From Rhizaria sp. SCN 62-66 (taxonomy: Eukaryota), in NCBI GenBank assembly GCA_001724265.1, contig MEDY01000083.1, positions 1 through 64,000 on the forward strand: a DNA stretch of 64,000 bases. Reading direction: 5' to 3'. Below are positions 1-12,455 of the stretch, piece by piece. Position numbers and translations under genes: made by a program. The notes beneath the pieces were generated by a model that saw only the letters and a list, made by a program, of their open reading frames with translations, did not search any database and was not told the DNA's origin. Position 1 is the stretch's first letter. Each line of letters begins with the position of its first letter.

Positions 1-554
1 GTGTGCTTAAGTTCAACCTTTTGTCCTCTGACATCTAGTCTTCAGGTAGAAAATGCGATGTAGAGAGTTGATGTCTTGACCTGAAGTTGTGAGGGAGGGC
101 TGAACCGTTTGATAGAGTTAATCTACACGTATACTGCAAGACACACAATATTAATGCAAACAACATATTTTACACTACGTGTTAATTATAATTCATGCAT
201 TTATATGCATTATTGACGGTTATTTCATGGGACAATCAAGTGCTATTTATCGGGGATGGGGACACCACAAACAGGTGGGGGAAGAGGCTCAATCGGCCCA
301 ATTCGCGACCCCCGTGTAACTCCCAACGACTCCGTTTTGCAATTGTGGTGGGAACGACACTCTAATGCATATCACAGCAAAGACATCTGTATTATGGTCC
401 ATAAAAAAAACCTTGGCCATATCGTCACTCGCGAAGAACTAGGAAAAGGCTACATGTAAGCTATATGAGCTTTATATGAGCGATGTGAGCTCCATCCGCC
501 AATGCTTTACGCTCACGCATTGTCATCGTCATACCTCCTGACTCGTCGAGCCGT

Positions 555-1748
555 TCACGCGGTGGTTGTCTGGGACATGGTGGCCTCGATCTGCGCGATC
601 TTGGCCTCCCACTGCTCGCGGACGGCGCGCTCGGCCTTCTCCTTGGCGTCCTTGAGCGAGACCTCGAAGGGCGGGTAGCAGATACCGACCTCGGTGACGA
701 TGCCCGTGAGGAACTTGAACGGCGTGACGTCGAACGCGGGGTTGTACACGGGGCAGTTGTCGGGCGCAACCTGCTCTGCGCCGACGTGGGTCACCTCGGT
801 GCCCGTGCGCTCCTCGATGACGATCTCGCGGCCCGTCTTGATGCCCAGGTCGATGGTCGGCGTCGGCACACACGCGAAGACGGGTACGCCAAACTCGCGC
901 GCGCACACCGCGAGCTTCATCGTCCCGATCTTGTTCGCCACGTCGCCGTTGGCCGCCACGCGGTCGGCGCCGAAGAGCACCAGGTCGACCTTGTTCTCGT
1001 ACATGAGGTGGCCCGCCGCGCCGTCGACGACGAGGTGCAGCGGCACGCCGGCCTGCGCCAGCTCGAACGCCGTCAGCTTCGCGCCCTGCAGCCGCGGCCG
1101 CGTCTCATCAACCCACACGTGGACGCCCTTGCCCTGCTCGTGCGCGCTGTAGATGACGCCGATCGCGGTGCCGTGGCCTACGGTCGCGAGCGCGCCCGTG
1201 TTGCAGTGGTGGATGATGTTGGCTCCGGGCTTTACCACGGCGGCGCCGAAGTCGCCCAGAGCGCGGTTGATGCGGATGTCCTCCAGCGCGAGGTCCTTGG
1301 CCTCGGTGAGCACGAGCTCAGCCAGCTGCGTGCCCGTCAGCCGCGCCGCGAAGCGTGTCGCAAGCTCGAGCAAGCGCGCGGTGGCCCACTCCAGGTTCAC
1401 CGCAGTTGGACGCGACGAGTCCAAATACGCCTTGGCCTCGCGCAGCGCCGCGACAACGTCCTCGCCTGTCGCGGGCACCGCCGCGGCGGGGTCGTAAGCG
1501 CGGAGCAGCGCGGCGAGGGCCATGCCGTAGGCGCCCGCGGCGCCGATGGCGGGCGCGCCGCGGATGGCCATGGTGTAGATGGCGTCGTAGACGTCCTTGG
1601 TGGTGGTGCAGTCGAAGAAAGCGATCTTGAGGGGCAAGTCGCGCTGATCGAGCATGCGAATCTTGCCGCCCTCGGCAGGATTGGAAGGGCCGACCCACTG
1701 AACGGAGATGAGCGGCTCGTTGTGGCCAGCGACGGTGACTTGCGCCAT
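555..1748 (-). CDS. MRI1: Methylthioribose-1-phosphate isomerase (methionine salvage), single exon, 397 aa
   Basis: Motifs [66 protein letters not shown]. Likely ATG at 1748 (MAQVTV...); stop TGA. Confidence 0.96.
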   Translation of the reverse strand: MAQVTVAGHNEPLISVQWVGPSNPAEGGKIRMLDQRDLPLKIAFFDCTTTKDVYDAIYTMAIRGAPAIGAAGAYGMALAALLRAYDPAAAVPATGEDVVAALREAKAYLDSSRPTAVNLEWATARLLELATRFAARLTGTQLAELVLTEAKDLALEDIRINRALGDFGAAVVKPGANIIHHCNTGALATVGHGTAIGVIYSAHEQGKGVHVWVDETRPRLQGAKLTAFELAQAGVPLHLVVDGAAGHLMYENKVDLVLFGADRVAANGDVANKIGTMKLAVCAREFGVPVFACVPTPTIDLGIKTGREIVIEERTGTEVTHVGAEQVAPDNCPVYNPAFDVTPFKFLTGIVTEVGICYPPFEVSLKDAKEKAERAVREQWEAKIAQIEATMSQTTTA

Positions 1749-2320
1749 CAAATGCTGAGTCGTACGGGCGTAAAACAAAGGTGATAGCAAAAAATGAAAT
1801 TAGATAAAGAAATAATGCGGCAATTGAGCGGGGCATTGTGTGGTTTCAGACGCGGAGACGGAAGTATAAAAGCAAGGCAAACACCTCGAAATGTAGGCCT
1901 TTCTCGTCATCATCGCGAGTGGAATGCAGCGACGGTCTCGGACGACGAGCAGCGTTTCGCTCGGACCGAAAAAAACTGACTCGATAGCCGACGAACAAGA
2001 GACGACGAGCTAGGTGGGATACGCAAGCAGATGTTTCTAGGTCGAAACTATCATGGTTTGTGAAACAAAGTTTATGTCGGGGAAGACACATAACTGTAGA
2101 AAACGTGTATAATTCTGAAAGTGTGTTTGTGTTGGGCTATCTGTCCCCGCACTTTGGGGCAGAAACAGGCGACAAGCATGAATTCCCCAAACCTCCGGAT
2201 GTGTCATTCCTGCCTCATTATTACAACCCTTGCTTTCATAACTGCATTATCTCACCCTGTTATATTACTTATTGCTGCCTGTTTTGTTTTCTTTGCTGTG
2301 TATAGACTCGTAGACTCACA

Positions 2321-3900
2321 ATGTCTCTCATCTTCGGCATGGGCAACCCCCTCCTGGACATCTCTGTCGAGGCCCCCGACTCCCTCATGGCCAAGTACAA
2401 GCTCACTTGCCCCAACGCCATCCTCGCTGACGAGACCCACACCGAGCTCTACAAGGAGATCACCGAGGCCCCCTTTAAGCCCGAGTTCGTTGCCGGTGGC
2501 TCTGCCCAGAACACCATCCGCGTCGCTCAGTGGATGCTCCAGGTTCGTTCGCAATCACCACGTGCTCGCCTTCAAACATGCATTTGACGCACTATATCTC
2601 TGCACCTCGCTCTCAAACTCTATCTCTCGACAGAATATTTGTGTGGCAATATGTTTTCAAAAAGAATAATCTCACCACATCTTAATATTGTTGATATATC
2701 ACTTCTTCAACTCTCGCCTTTCAGGAGCCCAACTCCACCGTCTACGCCGGCTGCGTCGGCAAGGACGCCTACGCCGACACTCTCACTGAGTGCATTAAGA
2801 AGGACAACGTCCAGTCCGCCTACGCCGTCAACGAGGAGCTCCCCACCGGCACCTGCGCCGTCCTTGTCGTCCACAAGGACCGCTCCATGGTTGCCAATCT
2901 CGCTGCCGCCAACTCGTACGTGCACCTCGCAAACACTTCAACGCGATATGTCTCAACGAAACCGTCGTTTCATCAAATAATATTTTGAAGTCGCATTTTT
3001 CACCGAACAAGCTATCTAGAAAACCTAAATTCCCCTCCAAAGCAATCACTTATATCTCATATAACCCTTCGTTATTGATTCGCACACCTACTCGCCCAAC
3101 ACAGCTACAAGATCGACCACCTCAAGGCCCCCGAGGTCGAGGCTCTCTGGAAGAAGGCCTCGCACTTCTTTGTCGAGGGCTACTTCCTCACCGTGACCCC
3201 CGAGTCCGTGCTGCTGCTCGCCGAGCACGCCACCGAGACCAAGAAGGAGTTCGGCTTCTCGCTCGCCGCGCCCTTCATCTGCTCCTTCTTCACCGAGCCC
3301 CTGCTCAAGGTCCTCGAGCACTCGACCCTCATCATCGGCAACGAGCACGAGGCCGAGGCGCTGGCCGAGAAGATGGGCTGGGACAACAAGGCCGACCCCG
3401 CGGCCGTGGCCAAGCACATCTCGGACAAGATCCCCAAGAAGTGCGCCGGCCCCCGCCTCGTCGTCATCACCAACGGCCCCCGCGACACCGTCATCTGCCA
3501 GGTACGACAATTAATATTGCATTTATCTCGCTGATATAGCTTTCTACGGAACTAATGTGATATTGTTATGTTTCATGACATGATTTTTCATGTTGGAATA
3601 TTGCTTATATTCCTTAACACGCGCATTTCCTCTCACAAATCTCATTTGTTATATCCCTATTTGTATTTGCTCCTCTTTTAGGACGGCGTCGTGACCTCGT
3701 ACGCCATCCCCAAGATGGCCGATGAGGACATCGTCGACGCCAACGGTGCCGGCGATGCCTTCGCTGGCGGCTTCGTCGCCGGCCAGGTCAAGGGCAAGGA
3801 CGTCAAGACCTGCGTCGCGGCCGGCATCTACGCCTCCCAGCTCATCCTCAAGACTGCTGGTACCACGCTCCCTTCCACCAAGCCCGAGTTCACCTTCTAA
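2321..3900 (+). CDS. ADK: Adenosine kinase (PfkB family), 4 exons
   Basis: Exons 2321-2542, 2725-2915, 3105-3501, 3682-3900 join in frame. Motifs GMGNPLLD, GGSAQNTIRVAQW, PTGTCAVLV, VANLAAAN, GNEHEA, DANGAGDAFAGG. Stop TAA. Confidence 0.95.
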
Positions 3901-4307
3901 GTGCCGTATATATCGCATTAAGCACTGTGAATGAGAGTGAGAGTGAGAGTTGAAGTTTATACACCTTGTCTCGCAGCGAAAACGGGAGTACGCAACGACA
4001 GTCTATCTAAATTGCTGCTGTTTTGTTGTTGCTCTTTCTGGTGACGGTGTGTTAGTATTACTTTATTAAAACAAAGTGAGATTTACAATACAACGAGTCT
4101 TTATTTACAAACACTTTGATCACAACAACATCTGCCAACCTCTATTTCACAAACATACGTTATGATGCGGATACAACTTTACCGTTTTCATGTGAATGTC
4201 ATCAGGATAGATTTAATTGAAGTTCATGTTTTGTATTGGCCAACATAAACTTTCTTGAAACAGTACATAATAACAAAGATATCTCAAAGCGAACGTATAT
4301 TCCGTGT

Positions 4308-7300
4308 TCAGATCATGCCCTTTGTGTTGTAGAGCGCATAGATGTCCATCGCGGTGCGCAGCGCGAGGCGCTCGAAGGAGCCTGCGTCGGGGCGGCCGCC
4401 GCCGACGAGCGCGGCGCTCTGCGGCGCCTGCACCAGCACGCGCGCCACGGCGGCGCCCGTCACGGCCGCGAAGGCCTGCGGGCACGAGGCGGCGAGACTG
4501 AGGGGCGCGCCGACGGAGAAGGCGACGGAGCGCAGCGTGTCGGCGACGGCGGGCGACGCGGGGGGCAAGGAAGTCGCGCTCGCAGTTGAAGCGTTGGCGT
4601 TGATGTCGCCGTTGCTGAAGAGGGGCAGGTCGCCGTTGGGCTGGATCGTGGCGTAGAGCGCGGTCCTGTCGAGCGAAAAGCAGAGGGGCTCCAGCGTGAG
4701 CGCAGTCAAGCACATTAGCACGGCCGAGGGGGAGAGAAGACAAGCCGCCTTGTCCTTGCGGTACTGGCGCTGCCGCAGCTTACAGTCGCTCAGCTGGGGC
4801 TTCTTCTTTTGACCGCCATTATTGTCCCCGTCATCGTCATCATCGCTATTGTCGTCGTCGTTGTCGTCGTCGGAGGTGGGGGGGAAGAGAGGGAACGAGT
4901 CGGCCGCAGCCGCAGCGAGCAGGGGTGTGTTTTTCAGTAAAGCTGCCGACAGCAGCCACATCCATGCGCTCTCGCCGCCGCTCGCGGTCACCACATGGTC
5001 GGTCTCCGCACTGGCGCCCGCGCCCGCGCCCGCGCCCGGACTGAGACTGCTCGTCGCACTCACACTTGCGCCACCGCTGCCGCTGCCGTCGCTGCTGTCC
5101 ATGACAAGAGTGGGCATCAGACGCAACAGCGCCATCGCCGCGGCGCCCTGCACCGCAAGCAGCAGCCCGTAGCCCCAGGCGAGCGCGGGGACGCAGATGG
5201 CGCCGTGGCGGCTGTAGAGCAGCGCCGCGCGCAGCAGCGCCTTGGCGTTTACAGGCACCTCCCCAACGTCCCCGCCCGCACTCGCACTCGCGGTGGCAGC
5301 GGCGGCGGCGGCAGCGGCGGGGCTGGGGTGAAGGAGGTTGAGGGACTTTGCTGTGGCGCGCGCGCGGGCGAGCAAGGGGAGAGCGGAGATCAATGCGGCA
5401 GCGGCGGCAGGTACGGGCACGACGTTGACCTTCCCAGAGCTAGAGCTAGAGCTAGAACTAGAACTAGAGCGCGAAGTTGATGTAGCAACGTCGTTGTTGT
5501 TGCTGCTGCTCGAGCTCAGAGAGAGGGGGCCGAGGGCGGGACGGGGCAAGGTGGCGGTGACGGCGTCGGTCGCAGTGCCCAGCGTCACAGCGCCGGCGTG
5601 TCCGACGTTCTTTGCACCCGCACTCGAACTTACGCTCGCAGTCTCAGTCGTGTTGTTGCCCTGCTCTTGTTCAGGCTGTTGTTGCTGCGTATCACCCTGC
5701 TGCTCCTGCTCTTGCTGCTGTTGTTGTTGTTGCTGCTGCTCGTCCTCTGCCTTTTCCTCGGCCGTCACCTCGGCCAGGTCGCCGAACATGTCGTAGTACA
5801 CGCGCGCAATGCGCGCCGCAGCCACGCACTCGGACACGCCAAACGCGCCCGCACCCGCACTTGCACTCTCACTCTCAGTGCGATCCACAGACGCATCGGT
5901 GTTGCCGTCGTTGCTGTTGAGGGCGCGCTCGGGGGCGGTCGCGGTCGCAGGCAGGCAGTCCCTGGTAACGGCGTCGGCAACGGGCACAAGCGCCGCCGCC
6001 GAGGCCAGCTCGGCCAGGCAGAGCGGGCAGGAGCAGTGGAACTGGAACTGGCGGTGGAGGTACCGCTGGCGTTGCTCGAACGTCAGGGGCACGAGCAGCC
6101 GCGAGTCGACGCCTGTCGTCGCAGAGGCAGTCGCGCCAGAGCCAGAGCCAGCGCTAGAGCTCGTCGCGGCGGCGAGAGACGGCAAGGACTTGAACAGAGG
6201 GTTGGCCTTGCCCCGCGTCTTTGCAGCGTGTGTATTCTTGTTAGCGTCAGAGTCCGCGTTGGCGCTGTTTTGAGCGGTAGCGAGCGTCACCTTGGCCCAC
6301 TCGGCGCCGGCCTCGGCGCGAATGAGCCCCGCGTGCACGGGCATGTAGCTGATGCAGATCTCCTCGCCCGCCGCGATGTCGCGCGTGGCGCGAAACTCGT
6401 GGATGCTCGGAATGAAAGCCGCGGCCCAGGGCACGTCATCCTCGGCCGTGGCAGAGAACCCGCCCAGCAGGGACTCGGTCTCGGTCACCACGTCCGCCTC
6501 GGTGTAAGCGGACGCATGATTGTACGCGCAAGTGGGTGCGGTCGCAGTCGAGGCATTAGCGTTAGACTCGGTCTTGGTGCTGCTGCTGGTGACGTTCGAG
6601 GCGACGAAGGTACTTAGCCGGACCCCCTTAGACAGCGCGGCGAGCGCGACCTCGCGCGCGTGGCGGGCGCGCGCCTCGCGGAAGCGCTGCCACTGCTTCT
6701 GCGTCGGCTGCAGCGTCAGCTTGACGGCGTTGGCCACGCACGAGTGGTTGGCCATGGCGCTGTGCAGCGCGATGCCCGTGGGGAACGAATTGAAGTGGAC
6801 AACGGCCACCAGGCGCAGCAGCGACTGCACCGCAGGCCCCAGCCACGCAGGCTCGGGCTCTGATGATGACTCCACAGGCGCAGCAGCAGCAGCAGCCGCG
6901 GCGGCCGCCTTGGCAACGGCGTTGGCCACGGCACCGTCCTCCTCCTCCTCGTCCTTCTGAGCCGCCGCCGGGCGAGGGATACGAGTCGGGCTATTGTTAG
7001 TGATGTTGGCATCGCTGTTCCCGGCCGCGGCTGCGAGACCGATTTGGCAGAGGCGGTCGAAGCCGGCGTGCGCGGCGACGGTCCTAAGCATGTCCCCGTA
7101 CGCAGCCTCGATGAAGCCGCGGTAGTCGCCCAGCTCGGCCCACGTGCGCGGGTACAGCGGCGCCAGGTCGCGGAGCAGCGCGCGCGCGGCGCGGGGCGGC
7201 GCGTCGAAAACGAGCTCCTGCACGAACTCGGTCTCCTGGCGCGAGTCGGCCGCGGCGCACTCCTCGGGGGACTTGAAGCGCCAGCGCGTGGGCTCGGCCA

Positions 7301-7796
7301 GCAGCAGAGCGCCGGCGGGGATGGGGGCCGTGGCGAGGAGCCCGCGCGCGCCGTCGCGGTGTGCAAGGTCGGTGGCCACAGTCACCAGCGGGGACTGGTA
7401 CAGCGGGGGCAGCAGGAAGCCGTCCTTGTGCACGCCTGCCAGCGCCGGGGGCGCGCCGGCAGCGCCGTCTGCAGCGAGAGAGCCGTGAGTGGCCGCTGTC
7501 GCGATGTCGGGGTGGGAGGCCGACGGACTGGCCAGGTAGGCCGAGATGAGCAGCGCGTGCTCGTCCTCGTCCTCGTCGTCGCAGTCGGCAGCGGCGGCGC
7601 CGGCTTCGGGGCTGTAGAGGCCGACAGGAGAGCGCTGCTTGGCCACTGCCGCTGCTGCGTTTGTGTTGTTGGTGTTGCTGGACTGGGGCAGAGCGGGGAG
7701 GTAGGCGGTGTAGGGGCGGGGCGCGGCCGCCTTGCGCACGATCGTCGTCGTCGCGCGGGGGGCCGCCGCGGGGGCGGGCTGGGCGCTACTACTCAT
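4308..7796 (-). CDS. SET-domain (SMYD-like) lysine methyltransferase with long low-complexity insertions, single exon
   Basis: Split SET motifs RGLLATAPIPAGALLLAEP, MANHSCVANA, FRATRDIAAGEEICISYM and post-SET FQFHCSCPLC. First ATG at 7796; stop TGA. Confidence 0.85.
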   Translation of the reverse strand: MSSSAQPAPAAAPRATTTIVRKAAAPRPYTAYLPALPQSSNTNNTNAAAAVAKQRSPVGLYSPEAGAAAADCDDEDEDEHALLISAYLASPSASHPDIATAATHGSLAADGAAGAPPALAGVHKDGFLLPPLYQSPLVTVATDLAHRDGARGLLATAPIPAGALLLAEPTRWRFKSPEECAAADSRQETEFVQELVFDAPPRAARALLRDLAPLYPRTWAELGDYRGFIEAAYGDMLRTVAAHAGFDRLCQIGLAAAAGNSDANITNNSPTRIPRPAAAQKDEEEEDGAVANAVAKAAAAAAAAAAPVESSSEPEPAWLGPAVQSLLRLVAVVHFNSFPTGIALHSAMANHSCVANAVKLTLQPTQKQWQRFREARARHAREVALAALSKGVRLSTFVASNVTSSSTKTESNANASTATAPTCAYNHASAYTEADVVTETESLLGGFSATAEDDVPWAAAFIPSIHEFRATRDIAAGEEICISYMPVHAGLIRAEAGAEWAKVTLATAQNSANADSDANKNTHAAKTRGKANPLFKSLPSLAAATSSSAGSGSGATASATTGVDSRLLVPLTFEQRQRYLHRQFQFHCSCPLCLAELASAAALVPVADAVTRDCLPATATAPERALNSNDGNTDASVDRTESESASAGAGAFGVSECVAAARIARVYYDMFGDLAEVTAEEKAEDEQQQQQQQQQEQEQQGDTQQQQPEQEQGNNTTETASVSSSAGAKNVGHAGAVTLGTATDAVTATLPRPALGPLSLSSSSSNNNDVATSTSRSSSSSSSSSSSGKVNVVPVPAAAAALISALPLLARARATAKSLNLLHPSPAAAAAAAATASASAGGDVGEVPVNAKALLRAALLYSRHGAICVPALAWGYGLLLAVQGAAAMALLRLMPTLVMDSSDGSGSGGASVSATSSLSPGAGAGAGASAETDHVVTASGGESAWMWLLSAALLKNTPLLAAAAADSFPLFPPTSDDDNDDDNSDDDDDGDNNGGQKKKPQLSDCKLRQRQYRKDKAACLLSPSAVLMCLTALTLEPLCFSLDRTALYATIQPNGDLPLFSNGDINANASTASATSLPPASPAVADTLRSVAFSVGAPLSLAASCPQAFAAVTGAAVARVLVQAPQSAALVGGGRPDAGSFERLALRTAMDIYALYNTKGMI

Positions 7797-8371
7797 CGGG
7801 CGCAGCTGTTGCCGAGGAGGTCTGCGGGCGCGGGGCGTGGGGTTGGAGCGTAGAGGGCGAGGTGAGTCGTGGCTTAGATGAGGTGAAGCGGAGTATAGAC
7901 AGCGTTGTAAGATATACTGGCAAAACACAATTAAGATGTGTCAGTTTAGTTGTCATAAAGTGCAGAAATAATTACGCTGTCGATCAGGGGAGGGAGAACA
8001 TTTGCGCTGCCGGAAGTGCTCCAGTGCCCCGAGCGACGCCCACGGTCACTTCTGTCATTGCCTCTCTGGCCCGACTGGAGCGTCAACTTTGAGGTATCAA
8101 AGCACACCAACGCGACCACAGATGGTGAAAACAGTCGCACTCTAGAATATTAAATTGAGTTACTGGATGAATTCCTAATTTATACTTCTTCAATCGCAAC
8201 ATACCCCTCACGCTCTTCATTGTCCGTGTCCCTCTTCCCCACTCTGTCCTCTGTGTTCGTCTCCGCAGCAAGCCACCTCCCCGCGCCCGCGCTCCGCCGC
8301 CTGCGTCTTTCCTCTCTCCTACTCCCCGTACTCGCCTCTCTCGCCCCCGCGCGAACCGACTAGTGCGCCCC

Positions 8372-9740
8372 ATGGATCGCCGCAACGCACGTCTGCGCCG
8401 CGAGTATCTCTACCGCAAGTCCCTCGAGACTGACGAGGCGTACGTTCCCGCTCCACCACTACTCATTTCACTTCTCTTTTATATCAGCACTTGTTAAACC
8501 CAAACTACTTTATTATAGCTTTCTTGTTGCTATAATATCTATTTCCACTCTTATTTTTTGCTCATATGCTTTTCTTCTCTCTCTTCATGGCCAAAACAAC
8601 AAACCCAACGAACTTCTCGCTCCCTCTGCCGTTCCGCCGCTCTTGTCTGCCTTTGACGTCTTTTCTTTCTCTGCTGCTGCTGTCCCCGCCCCACAGCGCC
8701 GAGCACGACAAGAAGATCCAGCTCAAGGAGGCGCTCGAGTCGGGAAAGCGTATCCCCAAGGCGCTGCAGCGCGAGGCCGACGACCTCAAAGACGCGCTTG
8801 AGCTCGACGACCCGTCTACGCAGAAGCTGCGCACGCACATCGACGATGAGTACCAGAACGTCGGCATCTACGACCCCAAGATCCTCATCACGTCCTCGCG
8901 CGACCCCTCGAACCGGCTGCTGCAGTTCGTCAAGGAGCTCCGCCTGTGCCTCCCCAACGCGCAGCGCATCAACCGCGGTGGCACCATCATCTCTGAGCTC
9001 GGTACGCTTATATCTAGCTATAATCGCGCTTTATGAAAATATCGTCGTTTTATTAATGTATCACTTAATTTTGTTTTATTGTGTAGAATTTATTTTTTAC
9101 TCAACACATATCCATCATGCTCTCCAAACTCACTTCTCTCTCTCTCTCTCACCCCGCTTCTTTGCTTTGTTGTGTCCCCTCGGCATCACATCACACCACA
9201 GTGGAGATCTGCCGCAAGAACGACTTCTCGGACTTAGTGCTGGTGCACGAGCACCGCGGCGAGCCCGACGGCCTGATCATCTCGCACATGCCCTACGGAC
9301 CCACGGCCTACTTCTCGCTCTCCAACTGCGTGCTGCGCCACGACATCAAGACCGTGGACATGGGCACCGTGTCCGAGGCCTTCCCGCACCTCGTGTTCCA
9401 CAACATGGCCTCGAAGCTGGGCCAGCGCACGGCGAGCATCCTCAAGGCGTTGTACCCTGTGCCCAAGGACGACGCGCGCCGCGTCATGTCCTTCATCAAC
9501 CGCAACGACGTCATCTCATTCCGCCACCACGTGTACAAGAAGAACGGCGTGCAGGACCGCGCGGCGGGCAAGAAGGAGATCGAGCTGGCCGAGGTGGGGC
9601 CCCGGTTTGAGATGCGCATGTACCAGATCAAGCTGGGCACCGCCGAGATGACCGAGGCCGAGACCGAGTGGGTGCTGCGGCCCTACCACAACGAGGCCGC
9701 CAAGCGTCAGCTCATCGCAGGCTACGCGCACGACAAGTGA
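8372..9740 (+). CDS. IMP4: U3 snoRNP protein Imp4 (Brix domain), 3 exons
   Basis: Exons 8372-8439, 8697-9001, 9202-9740. N-terminus MDRRNARLRREYLYRK; motifs DPKILITSSRDPS, HEHRGEPDGLIISHMPYGPTAYF, ISFRHH, LAEVGPRFEM. Stop TGA. Confidence 0.96.
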
Positions 9741-10334
9741 GCAGCGCGGGCGTTTCGACGACTGCAAGCGTGAAGCGACAACGCCGTGTTGTTGCGTGAG
9801 AGTGATGTTGGGTTGTTGAGACTGTTGTGGGGCCTGTTGCGGACCATGTTACATCTTAAAGATGCATGTTATGTGTTTTAGGATAATACAGATATAATTA
9901 TATACGATATCACAACTTCAATCTTAGTCGATGTTGTTACGATCTGTTTGTACTCTTGCAAAGTTCCTGTAACAAGCTTGTGCGTGACTGCTCTCTGCGT
10001 GCGTCGAAGGGGGGACTGCTAGCGCTTTGCGGAAAAAGAGTTTAAGTTGGTGAGATGTCCGTCTGTTGATATTTAAAGAAGGGTTCTGGTTACTGCGATA
10101 GTAATCCTTTATTTTTCGTCAATAATGTCTTCTCTAGAGTTCACGCAGAGCTCAGTAGCATGCATCGGATTTCCACTATGCTGAACCACAGCACACCACC
10201 TCTCTCTCGCCCCCCTCGCACACTGCGTCTCACCTCTTTCGCCCTACGCTCATACCACTACTCTCGTTGTGTAGACAGCATTGTTGCCCGCAGTGTCTAA
10301 CGTCGCGAAGTTGAGTAGTGTTAGTGGTATCAAA

Positions 10335-12050
10335 ATGCGCTCACAGTTGCTCCAACAGCTCGCCTCTTAGGCCGCCGGCCCCGCGCCCTCCTCCGTGTCA
10401 TCCTCTTCGAAAAGTACGACATATCCTCATCAAATAATGCCAATAACTCAAACAACACTTCTTTATTGTTAAAGAACTACTATTGTGTCCTTATACTAAT
10501 TTTTTTCTGTAATATCTCTTTATTGCATATCCCCGCAATCCTAACTTCACCTCACGCACCCAACGTGTCTACTCTCTGTTTCCCCCAGACTCGTCTGCGC
10601 ACCGCTACAAGCCGCTGCCGCCCGTGGTGCGCGACCTGCAGTCGACGCTGGCGCAGCTGACCTACGGCCCGGGCGCGCTGTCCGCCGCGCTGCACCGCCA
10701 CTTCGTGCCGCTGTCTCACGACGACGCCACCGAGCGCTTCCTCACGCGCACGCTCTCGCTCTACGGCGCGTGCTCGCTGTCCAACTCTCTCTTCTCGGGG
10801 CTGCGATCGCTGTTGGGCAACTTCATGTCGCACGCCAACGTGCTTGCGCTGCTCAACACGGGTCGTATGCACGTGCTCTCGGCGGGACAGATGCACCACC
10901 TGCTGGCGCAGAGCTACGCGCGCGCTCCGCTCGACGTCGCCACGCTCAACCCCGAGCAGGCTCTCGCCCGCGCGCGCGCAACCACCTTTGCCAGCTTCAA
11001 CCCAGTGCTCTCCGCGAGCACCGGCGCCCTCGCCGGGCCCCGCGGCAACAGCACGAGCAGCAACAGCAACAGCAACAGCAGCAGTTCTCTGTCTGGTGCC
11101 AACTCTGCTGCTGCTGGTCCCGGGCTGGGAGAGTGGGCCGCGCCGCCGCCGTCACTGGGCTCCATCATTGCCGCCATGCCCCCCTTAGACGGTGTAAGTG
11201 TCTCCCCAGCAGACGACTCGACTCCACCTGCTGAGACTGTGGGGATGACTGCGCCTGCGCCTGTTGCGAGTGCGCCTATGACCGCGGCGGACTACGTGAC
11301 CGCCGCGCTCGCTGCAGTGGGACCCGCTGTCGACACGGACGAGCTGCTCGAGCACGCCCAACAACAGCATCAGCAGCAGCGCAATACTGCCAACGGCAGT
11401 GCGAGTGCGAGCGAGGACTCTCTGTCGCTGCCGTGCTTCGGGTCGTACCTGGACATCGGGGCCGGCGACGGTGCGGTGACGGCGCACGTCGCGCCGCTCT
11501 TCACGCACACTTCGGCGACCGAGGTGGCCCCGCGCATGTGCTCTCGCCTGCGCGCGCACGGCTTCACCGTGTACGAGACTTACGATATCACCACGGGGAT
11601 CCCCGCCGAGGCGCGCTTCGACACCATCTCGATTTTCAACGTCATCGACCGCTGCGACAAGCCCCTCTCGCTGCTGCGCGACGCGCGCGCGCGCCTCCGC
11701 GGGCCTGACTCGCGGCTGGTACTGTCTGTGCCGCTGCCGCTGCAGCCCTCGGTCGAGTTCGCGCCGCGCGAGTGGCGGGCCCCGACGGAGCGGATCGCGC
11801 CCGCGATGTGCTACTGCCAGCTCGACTGGGAGCAGGCCGTCGAGTTCCTCGTCCGCGACGTCGTTACGCCCGCGGGGCTCAGAGTGCGCGCCGTGTCCCG
11901 GCTGCCTTATCTGTCCGAGGGGTCGACTGCCAGGCCCTACTACGCACTCGATGACGCCGTGCTTGTGCTCTCCGCCGCCGAAACCGTGCCTGCCGCTACC
12001 GCGACCGCTCCCGCGACCGCTCCCGCTACTACTGCTACTGCTGCTGCTGT

Positions 12051-12087
<37 letters not shown>

Positions 12088-12156
12088 CCGGCCGCGAGTG
12101 CGGGTGCGCATGCTGTGGCTCCGACTGCCGCTGTGACTGTTGTAGAGTAGATGTGA
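10335..12156 (+). CDS. METTL9: METTL9/DREV-family protein-histidine methyltransferase, 2 exons, with in-frame TAG codons
   Basis: Exon 1 is 10335-10413 (MRSQLLQQLAS[TAG]AAGP...). Intron GTACGA...CAG is 10414-10588; exon 2 is in frame with ORF 10624-12150. Motifs LLNTGRMHVLS, YLDIGAGDG, ATEV, FNVIDRCDKP, LPYLSEG, YYALDDAVLVL. Ends TAG-ATG-TGA (12148-12156). Confidence 0.88.
12025..12087 (+). repeat. Imperfect (GCT)n tract encoding a poly-Ala/Thr tail of METTL9
   Basis: Run of GCT/ACT/GTT triplets read directly. Confidence 0.85.
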
Positions 12157-12455
12157 GTGAGCCTGCTGTGTGAACGTGAGAATGTGATGATGTTGCAAAT
12201 CTAATGTGTGCAAGTATGCGCTTGAATTTCTATAAGTGTACAGCGTATTACTTTGTGAGGAGGGCCAATTGTTGTAGATTATTAATTGCCTCCGACTAGA
12301 CCGGAATAAACTTGATTGATTTGTTTTGCTTTCGCATGTTGAGAGGCTATGTATGGTTGAATTATGATAAGTAGTATGATATCTGTACGTAGATAAGTAA
12401 AATATTAGGTAAAATAGTTGAAGAACTTGATTTGTTTCGTGAAACAAGTGTCAAT

